Assembly (NCBI GenBank): GCA_964035545.1
Contig: OZ037765.1
Coordinates: 32,611,504-32,675,503, forward strand
DNA from: Bugula neritina
Taxonomy: Eukaryota > Animalia > Bryozoa
Length of the DNA stretch: 64,000 nt
Reading direction: 5' to 3'
Shown here: piece after piece, positions 50,101 to 61,263 of the stretch
Layout of the letters: every line of letters starts with the position of its first letter
How positions within the stretch are numbered: position 1 is the stretch's first letter
The notes under the pieces: generated by a model
The model's database searches: none
Told to the model about the DNA's origin: nothing
The model's input: only the letters and a program-made list of their open reading frames with translations
Program-made: the position numbers and the translations under genes

Positions 50101-53100
50101 TTAACTCATGGGTCAAATTAACTTATAAACACAAGTGGCAAAGCAATACCAAAACAGCCCAAACACGAATATCTAACAGATAGACTAACATTAAGTAGTG
50201 AGGAATTTTTTGAAAGCTGCAATTATAATTATTTAGTCCATATAATGAATACCAATTACTATTGTACAGCCCCATATTACTATTAGATTTTCAATGCATT
50301 TAAACTTACAAGTTTGTAATATATTTCAAATGTCCATCATTTATATGACTATTTATTCAGATATATTCTATAACTTTCCACTCCCTCAATACTATTTGAC
50401 CAGATGATCAAAGAATAAAGTTCACACAATGATTCCTCACACAACATGGTGCAGGTAACCAAATAAATGATGAAACAATGCAGTTCTGGAGCTCAGCCAA
50501 CCCTGTCAGAGTTATGACTAGCGAATTTATTGATTCGAATTCATTAAAGTATTTGGTTCTAGTCCAGCACTTGGAGTACATTCCAGAGAGCTCAATGATT
50601 CAGTACACTGTTGGGTGGAGCTCAATGTTTATTTTACATCTATCCGTGAGCAAAACGTTTTTGTATGACAATAAAGAGATGTTAATACATATATTATATA
50701 ATTTATATAATATATAACATACATATGTATACATTCCAACTTTCTATGCTCAATTATTAATGAAGGTGACTTTGCTTGTCATTATGCGCAGTTTTAGTAA
50801 GTTTCAAAGGCAGTAGTTAGAAGCAGCACAAAATTGAGAGTCAATGAGTGCAATGTCTCTCTGAACCCCCAACCACTGCATTCAACAACCACTAACCTTG
50901 TGCTTCTTCAAGTGTGTTTTCTCTATTTACAAATGAATTGGTCAAAATTTTCATCAAAAAGCTGAAGCAATATGGAGTGATTTAACTGGTCACCAGGGGA
51001 ACAAGAGTTTGCTTTAGGTTACAAAACTGATCGTAAAAAACATCATCATCAATAACCACAGGTGCAACTGAGCATTCTAATAACTAGCCAAATAACGCAC
51101 AACATAAAGTGAAGGAGTGAAAGTTTGTTCTCCATGTAGTCCTTAGAAAACTCATTGGAAAACTCTTAGAAGACGTGTGTATTATAACAATAACGTATAA
51201 AGTTCTATAAATGAATTTTGCAAAGTCATGTGTTACCTGAATATCCATTGAAAATTTGTATTTCAACACTCATGAACATATCTTAAGTCTCATGAATTAT
51301 AATGTTATGGAAACTGTAACTACTGACTGTCCATATACTACTGCAGGCCTAGTAACTACCGCAACTCAGTGATTTACAGGGTAACTAGGGCTGGTGCTTT
51401 CTTAAGCAATTGGGTAATAGAATATATTAATAATTATTAGGGCTAATAATAGAGAGGCACTTTTTTCCCCATTAAATTCACATCAAATTATTATAATAGC
51501 ATTTAAAGAAAACGCCTTAAATTTTTAGTTTCACTGGCAAGAACTTGTCTAGTTTATTTGTTAAAATACAGAGCTTGGCCAGTGTTTGATAAACTAACAT
51601 ATGAGTCATATTTCATTATACTATTACATAACATCACTATTCACATGATTACGTGAGCAAAACCAAGTTTTCAGGTTTCGCCCTGTATGTGAAGGTTTAC
51701 CATCACTAAAGGTGCAGATTATAACAATGGAATTGTACCCAAACACTTTCCAATTTTAGTTGTTATACGTGAAGATTAACCACAGAATTGGTTATAATTT
51801 CATTGATAAAACATTTGCCTTTTATTTACAGATAATTTGCATATCTACACGGAGTAGCACCAACATGTACAAAGTATAGGAAGCAAAGTATAGGAAGTTG
51901 TTTAATATCTTCTAAACTACAAATAGATAGAATATTCTGGTTAACTTAGGTAAAATAATAATAGTGCATTAATTTATGAATATGAAATTCGTAGATCAAA
52001 ATGTTGCACTGGTAATATAAATATATAATGTAGAGTATTTATATATATTGCATAGTGCATTTCAGTACACATAGCTAAATGTTTAGTGCAGGGTGTATAC
52101 ATATAATATGAGATACTTTTCTAAAAGTAGAAATGGTAGCCAAGGGTAAAACACCGAAGGGTTTGAGTACGGAGAGAGGGTTAAACTGTGTTTATTCCGT
52201 AAAAATAGTAAACAACTTTAATAAATTAGCTCTAATTTGAGCTACTTCAAACTTTGACATTTTTCATAGCAAAAACTGATTCAGGAATGCACTACAATAT
52301 TCAATATATGGAGATGCAAATTTTTACATGTAGTGTATTATTGCACGAGAAACGCCCTCACGTTGACAGGATGGAGAAGCATACTGGGTGTTGGTATGTG
52401 CACACAGTTTTGCTATAAACCCACAGCAAGTCTGGTAATCAAAGTAGAGCAATAGGAGTAAATCATAAAAAACTCACTCAAGTTTATAGTCGCTATCCCT
52501 GTGAGAAACCCTGATGGAAGGTTTTTTGTTGTTAGAACAGGCTAAGGACTTATTCAATTAGGGCACAGGAGCAATTATGACTGGATGCTCTTTGTCGGAC
52601 TCAGACGCATGACTTTGTGATTACTTGGCAAACGCTCTAACCCCTAGACCACGGCTGCTCCTTAACTATGTAAACCATAAGCTGAGGCTAAATAGATTTT
52701 GGACTCACTACAGCTTCTAAAGTATATTAAGGCCCCACAATAAGCAGTCCTATATATGCAGGTTTTCCAAACGCAGATTAAAACTCGTAATAAAACTTTT
52801 TAAAAGCACAGCCTTTGTAAACCAAAGACAATGAATTCACCTTAGCTCCTATCCACAGACCCACCTTTGCTGAGATTGTAAGTTGACATGTAATGATCTA
52901 AGGCTACACTCTCGACACTGCGTGCAGTCACTCTGCCGGCATCGTCAGCGTGGATGAAGACGTTACGTCTACCAGTATCCGGGATTGCCCCACTACACCC
53001 TGCACCTGTTATCGTCACCTAAAACGTGTTTACGTAATTTATTCCTTCATGTTTTTCTATCAAAATATTTGCATCTATAATGCACGATTTACAAGTCATA

Positions 53101-56100
53101 GAGCTACAATGAATACGGTTTATAGAATTAGGAATGTATCGGCTGTGAGAGTTTGTTTATAACCCTAGCAGGTATATTGGCACTATGAGCAACAGCAGAA
53201 AGGTTTTGCATGTTATTTGAAAAACCTTTTGGAGAATCCATAATCTAGAAATCAAGTGACATAGCTATTGTCTCGAGGTATAATATATTATGGGAGTGCA
53301 TGATTAAGTAGAATGTGAATTGGGGTTTATCAGCACCATGATCCTACAGTACATAACTACAGTACATGAGAGATGTGAGTAATTTGATAAGGCACTATAT
53401 GACAGCAGTCATTAAATCTGATTAGAGCAAATAATGCTGATTTGGGTATTTCTGGCCAGGAATAACGATGATGGGTAAAACCATGATTAAAATAACTGTT
53501 TTTTCAAAATGAAAATATATTCCAGGATATTTAAAGACAGGTTGACTGCATGCATATCAGATGCAGCTATATTTGAAAAAAAAATACAAATAATAGAAGA
53601 CACTCAGCTAACTGTTTATGAATCATCCCCCCCTTCATTTCAAGAATACCAGATGTAAATAACTTGATAATATAATTGAAAAAACAAGCTTTATGTGATG
53701 AGGGAGGTCCCCATCCCCACCCTCACTTACCGTGGGAGGTCCTTGGATTGGCTCATGTTTGAGGTGTTCAACTGTTTGAAGCAAGTCTTTCCGTTTCTTC
53801 AAACTATTTCGAATTCTATCCAATCTTTCAAAAAGGGAGAGTCTGTGACCAACCCTGACATACTTGTCATTCAATGCCTCTTTGATAACCAACAGAGCCT
53901 ACATGACAATAGAGAGCAGGTGCTTGCTGACAGCAAGGAGTGGTAAAACAGGTACTTACACAGGTGCTTGTGATAATGAAGTTATGTTATAAAATGTGAA
54001 ACAATCAACTTTCAATGAGGAATATTTTTTATGCTTGCAAAATTGTATTACGATATTACAAATAAGGAGTCGCCTACTCATTTGAATGAAAAATGAATGA
54101 GTAGATAAATCCAAATATAATTTGTATTAAATGAAAAGCAATGAAACTACGACCAATATTCACACCTTTGTTTCATTTATACCAGATTATATATTACTTT
54201 TTTCTCTTTCACATACACATAATCATGGATTGTACGCCAACAGTTTACAAACCTCGGCTTTGTCTTTGATATGGAAATCATATATCAGTGCAAGTCTGTC
54301 ATAGCAATAACCTCTACTGCTGAGATTATATATATTTTGTCCGAGTATCAATCTGTAGACATCAGTGGCAGCCGCATACTTCTTCAGCTTCTCCAGAATC
54401 TCGGCAGCAGATATGAGACATGTGACGTTGAGACTAGACGACGTGTACCTTCTGAGGAAATACGGCAGCTCTGAGTCATGTCTACAAGAGAAACGGGAAC
54501 TAATTACAAGAGCAGACAATTCCTAAATACAGCAGAAACTCTAGGGACTGTTTAAGACATAACATTATTGTTTAGATTAAATTTAGTCAAAATATAGAAA
54601 GAGTCTATTTTAAAGATTTTTTAAAAAGATAATCCAGTTATGGTCACAAAAATTATATTTTTTTTTCTAATTTAAATCATTGCTAATGTTACTCAATACA
54701 AAAAGTTGGTATAAAAAACTCGTGCATAGTTCACAGCTTATTAGCCACTAGAAACAAAGACCCTAGGTGACCTGATGTAAAGCCTCAGGTAGCCAGGTGT
54801 AAAGCCTCAGATAGCCTGGTGTAAAGCCTCAGGTGACCTAGTGTTAGGCCTCAGGTAAGCTGGTGTAAGGCCCAAGATGGGAACACAACTCACGTACTCA
54901 CTTTATAAGTGCTGCATTCCCAAGACTTTCTTTAAACATTTCTTTCAACTTGTCAACGTACTGCAGACCTGCTTTAAAATGCTTCTTTTGTAGAAAACTG
55001 TCCAGAGAGTCTTTCATTTCCTGTAGTTGTCTCCTCCTGAAAAATAGTCTCAAATAAATCTTCTTAGCGCAGCAGAATAATTACGTAAATAACATACTTT
55101 CATTTTACAACTTTGAAACGATTACTATTGTGGAGACAACTCCTATTAGTTTCACTACTCAGTTTAAAAGCTATTCTGAAAAGTTAGGGAAGGTTCACTC
55201 TGGCATTGGACAAAAGTGAGAACAACTTCTACAAGCGACAGTAAATACTAAATCACTGAGTAGATTCAGATAATTTGTTTTTTTAATCGGGTAAAGAAGA
55301 AAAAGTTAGATTAACTGATATAAAGTCTATAGAGCGTAAAAAGCAGATTTTATGACTTTCAAATGTAAGTTAGCAAAAGGATGACTATGAAAACAGAACC
55401 TCACAAGTGCACACAACTTCATAAGCAGCAGATCGAGTCAGTTTCTAGTTGCAAAATAATGCCAAAGGTCAGTTAGGAAGATTTTAGAGTTGCAAACTCA
55501 TGTTAGATGAATTCTTTTTAACCTTGTTTTATTTTTGCAGTTAAAGTTTCTACGTAATTTATAAACTAAAGGAAGAAATTCATACCAATTCAAATTTTTG
55601 TGTGTGGGAGAGACGAATAGTAGTCAATTAAAAGAAAGCATTTAAACAGCCATATTTATAGGAAACAATTGTGACATGGTGAGTCATGTGCTTTAAGATT
55701 TCTAGCAGGGCCACTACTGCCCACTGCGTGTTGGGAAGAACTCTTAATAGCCTAACATTACTCATGGCAGCATATTATAAACTTTTTTACAGGATGTTGG
55801 AAGTGGAAAACTTGAATAATATTTTTAATTTTCATGCCGCTAGAGCTGAGATCAAAATTTGAATTTAATCCAAACAACAAAATTTTAGCGTTTGGAGTTA
55901 TTTACTTACGTGTGAATGTTGAAAAAGAGGACACAACTACAAATTATGCAACAAAACGCTGATTTTTAATCATTTCTGGTAATGTTAGACAAAGTAGTGC
56001 ATTTTGAAACACTTCAGAAAAAGCACTAACCTCACCACGTAATCTCTATTAGGAAATATAGGGTTCACTCGGCTGAGCTGGACTTGAGGGTATTTCACCT

Positions 56101-59100
56101 GTCCTATAGCCTCTCTAAGCATTGAAAATCTAAAAAAAAATTCAGGAAGAAAATATATGCAAGAGAATGTAAAAGAAAACCAAAATTTAAATATTCATCC
56201 AATAGTTTGAAAATATAAATCTAAATTAGAATAAAATGAAGAGCTTTAAAGAATAGAAATATGCTATAAACATGCACGAATAGCCCAGGCACCACAATGT
56301 AAAGCCCGAAGGTATCTAAGTTGAGCCAGTTATAAACTGAGTTCATAGGGAGTAGCAACTAACATGAGTTGGGAGGGGGTGAGGTCTTGGTGTGGGGAGA
56401 TATTCTCAAACACAAGAGAATAAAGCATAAGAATTCTCATAAACACGTCTCTGGGTACGTCTAAGAGTTTGTAGCATTCAGGCAACTCTTTCTTTACACT
56501 GCAACACAAAAACTACCACTACAGTAATACAACACTATAACTACAGTAGTACAACACTACCACTACAGTAGTACAACAGTACTACTATAGCAATACAACA
56601 CTAACACTACAGTAGCGCAACACTACCACTACAGTAGTACAACAGTACTACTATAGCAATACAACACTAACACTACAGTAGCGCAACACTACCACTACAG
56701 TTATACAACAGTACTACTATAGTAGTACAACAGTACCACTACAGTAGCGCAACACTACCACTACAGCAGTAGAACACTAACACTACAGTAGTGAAACACT
56801 ACCACTACAGCAGTACAACAGTACCATTAAAGTGTTTACAACACTACTACCACAGGAGCGCAACAACACCACTAAAATAGTATTACACCACCACTACAGT
56901 AGCACAGAACTACTACAGTAGTACAACACTACCACTACAGTATTATTACTGAGCTGTTCATACCGTCCCAACATAATCTTTTCAATAGACACAAGACTAC
57001 ACACAGTCCTTTGAGTCTTCTGCATGCAGTGGTCTACCATGCAGCGTATCAGGTCTGATCTCTTCAGTGTGTCAGCTAGCTTCATATCCTTGCACACCTT
57101 CTTCAGCTTGGGGGTAGGCAGCATTTCCAGGAGTGTAGCAAGGGGTAACTCTCCCCTGTCTAACAAGTATAAGATAGAGTGGTGTATGATTCTTAAACCA
57201 TAAACCTGCTGGGAAATGCCAAAGTGTCACCAGATACCATAAAGGGCGTTCGAATTTGCATAATCCGTAGAACGGGGTGACATTGGTATATGGTGAGATT
57301 TTCCGAACTAAAAATACTTGCTAATTGTGAGTGAACAAGCAAGAACGTTACAGTAATGAGAGTATACTAGGTCAACAGGATATTGCATGCTCAGACATGG
57401 ATATAGGAATAATATATTTTTCTAAGAGCCACGTAATAATTTGCTAGCACAACTAGGAGCACCAGAGTGCGTTAATTTGCATAAACTTTTCTAAACAATG
57501 TAAATTGAGAAATTAAGACAAAATTCTACGATGAAACAAGTATTTGTAATATTACTGAACATTGCCATACTGACTATCTTCAACTAGCCTCTGTTCCTCC
57601 AACAGCCTCAGGGCATACGGGATGTTCGGTATCTCCTTGTACCTGATACTCGTCGTAGAAATCCAGGAATGCTGCCGGAAAAGCAGCCTGAGGTACAACA
57701 TCTGAACAACTTCTACAACGTCGACAGCGCAGCTCATCAATAAACACAGATTTCATTCAGTTTCAGAGGAATTAGGATTTGTCCCAACTGCTACTTTTCA
57801 CATACACAAAAATTAGTTTAACAAATAAAATCAAAGGTCATCCTGTTCCAATCAATCACTCATAAGAGAGCCACACCAAAGACTGGTTGCTGAGTGATGC
57901 AGGTGCTGAAACTTGTCAGTGAACCCATCATAGAAAAGTAATGAACACAAAATATAAATAAAAGAGTGAATTTTACACTTGGTAAAAAAATAATAGGTAA
58001 ATCTGTAACCTCTTCCAGTAATTCAAATTTATATGTGGCACCAGCGATTATATTATGCAGAATGCTTATATGCAAGGGTTTGAAATTTTATCAACTAAAA
58101 CTCTCTGAATCTCTAAAATAAATTTAAAACTTAACCAATAAAATTTCAAAATGAAAGAAATTGGCTAATGGGGCGCTTGGATGTATTTGCTATGTAACAC
58201 AACTTACCATTGCATTTGTAGAAATTAGCAACGACATCTATATCATCTGCATTAAAATACCGCCCGTCTATTGGACAGCCCAAAACATAATCCATGGCTT
58301 TTCGAACATTGACAAAATAATAGTACGTCTGCGGAGGTGCCTGTCCAACCCCTGAACTTTCAACTGCACTCAATGAAGCAGACGTGTCATTAGGAATCGT
58401 GTTCTCAGAACATCTGTTGTTATCAATACGATTGCTTCGTTTGCTTGGGCTGTATGTATTACTTTCATCTAAGGAGAGCATGAGTTCTTCTAATTCACGG
58501 TCAGGAGTTATTTTACCACTGTTTGCTACATTTCCCACAAAATCCTTTGCTTCTTTTTTAATAACATGTTTTGTGAATGGTACAGAAACAGAGTCTTTTA
58601 CTGACTTATGTTTGATTGGAGTTAATTTTAATGATTTTTTATGAGTAGAGAATTTGGGCTCAATTTGTCTTTTATAGCGGGATGCTGGTGTATTGGTATT
58701 ATTAGGTTCAGGCAATGATGACCTAGATGTAGTACTGGAAGGGGAACTTGATATTCTACTCTTAGTTTCAACTCTAGTGCCACTAAAGGAAGATTTTTTA
58801 GCGCTGTGAGTCAACATTGCCTTGACCTTCGAAGGTGTATGTGATTCAGACGAGATGGAAATAGCTGATGTAGAAATTTGAGACGCCTTGACAGAAAAGT
58901 CCGGAGTATTTGTCCTTATCGTGGAATCCAATGATTGTTTATTATTGTCAAAGGTATTCTGTTTTAGTTTACATTTACTTGCACACTGTTCACTTTGCTG
59001 AGGTGTTTTGTGACTTAATAGCTTGTGAGTGTGACTTGAAGGCGTGTGACCATTTGCAATACGATTATATCTTCTTTGTTCTTTCGCTACAAAACAGGCC

Positions 59101-60316
59101 ACTGCAGTAAGAAACAAAATCAGAATAACATATAAAAATACTAAAAAGTATTTTCATCAATAAAGCTGACAAAACCTGAATAAATTTGACAATGACAGCA
59201 CAGGACACAAATAAATTGAGCTTTTACCCTGTTCTCACAACTCTGAAATATTTATCGGAAACTGAACATCCTTAACAACTATATGAACTCACCCAACAGT
59301 CAAATTGGGAGATATTTGTTGGATAGAAAAATGGCACTGTAAACATCGCACAGGTAATATAATGGCACAGGTAATAAGGGCACAAATGGAAAAGTAGGAA
59401 AAAGTGGCACACTGATGTTAAATTTTTTCAAACCCCAAACTCAAACCCAATAATAGTTTCAATTTTGATCTTAACAACCAATATTTGAATTTAGAGCGGA
59501 CCTTACCTTTAGAGTGGCTACCATTTAAAGAGACCACCTTTAAAGTGGTTACCTATGGAGTGATTAAATTTAGAGTAGTTATCTTTAGAGTGGTTACCTT
59601 TAGAGTGGCTACCTATAAGATGGTTACCTTTAGAGCGGTAACCTTTAAAGTGGTTATTTATAAACTGGTTACCTTTAAAGTGGTTACTTATAAAGTGGTT
59701 ACCTTAGAGCAGTTTATGGAGTTACTTTACCTCGCCGGGTGATATTTGTGAAGATGTCTTCTTCCGAGAGTTCAGAATCAGAAGACAGATCAGAAGTCTT
59801 GTCATCAACATGGCTATTCTTTGAAGGTGAAGGTGAAATATTCCGAGTTGTAGGTTCGTTTGAAGTAGGATTGGCTTTCTTTACCAGCAGACTAGTATCT
59901 ATGTCCAATGTATCACTGTCATTGTCTGAGTTCGTCTAATAATTCATAATACCATATATATTTATTTATATCAAATATATATATATATATCAATCTGTGG
60001 ACAGAAGCTGTTTCGGGATTTGTCCCCTCATCAGCACAGAACAGAGTACCATGGCCCACACTTTCGCAATAGTAAAACTTATAGTTTTACTAAAGCATAT
60101 TTAAAAGGTGTGTAAACTCAAGCCAGAGTGCTCAAGTGACTCTAGGGGTCACCTAGGAGTCACGAGCATTGCAAAATGCTAGCTGCTTGAGTTTGTGACC
60201 ATGGTGAGAGTGCTCAATCATTTAATGTCATTGTTGAGCATTAAATGAGAGCGTAATATCTCAATCTGTGGACAGAAGCTGTTTCGGGATTTGTCCCCTC
60301 ATCAGCACAGAACAGA

Positions 60317-60392
<76 letters not shown>

Positions 60393-61263
60393 ACACACAC
60401 ACTTGCACAAGCGCACACACACATAAATTACATTAATTCAGATTATCTCCAGCAAAACTTGCCAACAAGATAGCTACAGGAATTTTACCAACAGAGAGCT
60501 ACGTAAGCTCTTCAATGACTGTTTCTACAAAGCCAAAAAAACTGCATGAAAGGAAAAAGAAATTTCTATAGTTTGCTACTCGTATGACATAAGAAAAACG
60601 TAGAATTAGAAAAAAGAGATACGAACATTAAGTTGATGTAGTATTCCTGGATCTATATTCAAAACTTGTGATTGGTCAACACCCGCTTTAGCAGCTTCTA
60701 ATTGGTTAGTTCCAGTTCCATGCTAAATACACAAAAGTATCCAACAGTCAATTTATGAAGAATTTTTGTAAAACATAAGTAAATAATAGCCAATGACAAA
60801 TGATCACCTCCGTATCAGAGTATTCTTGGCTGTCCAACAGTTTCAGGGATAAACAAGGAACAGTACATTCTTTAATTCCTCTAATATCGTCAGATAGGGC
60901 ACTGAGTGAGGTGCTGTCATTTCTATGTCTCTTTGATACAGCTATATTTCTGGTTTCTTTTTGCCTTTCCTGAACTGCAGTGGCAGCTGCATTATTGTTA
61001 CTCGGTTTAACAAGATTTCTGCGACTCTGCAGTACATCTCTCAGCCTTTTTGGCTTTTTCGGACTGTGATGAGTAACTCTTTGTCTTGTTTTAGAAGGCG
61101 TGGAGTTTTTTGCTTTCAAGTTATTACCAGTAGAAGGAGTGATAACTTGTATATCATCATCACTATCGGAACTAATTTTCTCTCCTTCTGTTTTCTCGAA
61201 AAAAAAATCCTTCAGAGATTTTTGCTTTAACTTGCTTTTAGAGTTTCCAACAGTCTTTCCCAT
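44157..61263 (-). CDS. FAN1: Fanconi-associated nuclease 1 (~1126 aa, 16 coding exons)
   Basis: Exons in transcript order: 61263-60808, 59935-59731, 59101-58208, 57712-57575, 57159-56964, 56498-56364, 56129-56031, 55036-54902, 54481-54253, 53898-53731, 53018-52865, 47360-47161, 45962-45864, 45346-45218, 44494-44389, 44194-44157 (3381 nt). Motifs: [15 protein letters not shown]-like [18 protein letters not shown] region LPYFLRRYT and [40 protein letters not shown], and VRR-Nuc PD-(D/E)xK core [35 protein letters not shown]. Confidence 0.93.
47342..47736 (-). repeat. 43-bp minisatellite, ~9 copies, made of the FAN1 exon-12 3' splice site plus the first 19 exon nt
   Basis: Unit (minus strand) attgtatttactcttatattacag|gaatgcacagagagagctc; potential exon starts at 47360, 47403, 47446, 47489, 47532, 47575, 47618, 47661, 47704. 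Confidence 0.92.
52464..52663 (-). mobile_element. tRNA-derived SINE-like repeat, copy 3 (FAN1 intron 11)
   Basis: Minus-strand head GGAGCAGCCGTGGTCTAGGGGTTAGAGCG resembles a tRNA 5' end/A-box; body homologous to the other copies. Confidence 0.7.
54766..54870. repeat. 21-bp minisatellite (~5 copies) in a FAN1 intron
   Basis: ggtgtaaagcctcaggtagcc-like units. Confidence 0.8.
56510..56945. repeat. 19-bp minisatellite filling FAN1 intron 5
   Basis: actaccactacagtagtacaac-like units span almost the whole intron 56499-56963. Confidence 0.85.
59501..59710. repeat. 15-bp minisatellite (~14 copies) just inside FAN1 intron 2
   Basis: gtggttacctttaaa / gtggttacctttaga units. Confidence 0.85.
59994..60040 (-). 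ncRNA. Type I hammerhead ribozyme, copy 1
   Basis: Minus strand reads UCUGUG-CUGAUGA-GGGG-ACAAA-UCCC-GAA-ACAG-CUU-CUGU-C/CACAGA. Complete catalytic core, stem I UCUGUG/CACAGA, stem II, stem III ACAG/CUGU, GUC cleavage triplet (cut between 60000 and 59999). Confidence 0.9.
60265..60311 (-). ncRNA. Type I hammerhead ribozyme, copy 2 (identical core)
   Basis: Same sequence as 59994-60040, offset by 271 nt; predicted cut between 60271 and 60270. Confidence 0.9.
60321..60392. repeat. (TA)n microsatellite
   Basis: Direct inspection; abuts the hammerhead unit. Confidence 0.95.

Larger units (their letters stand above)
59990..60320 (-). mobile_element. Retrozyme-like / Penelope pseudo-LTR-like non-autonomous unit (271-nt monomer plus 60-nt terminal repeat)
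   Basis: 60-bp perfect direct repeats (59990-60049, 60261-60320), each containing a hammerhead. Hairpin-rich interior with no coding potential; flanked on both sides by (TA)n. Confidence 0.75.

Noticed and set aside
52600-52663. tRNA gene
   Set aside because: Only an A-box-like head, no cloverleaf or clear B-box; part of the SINE family.
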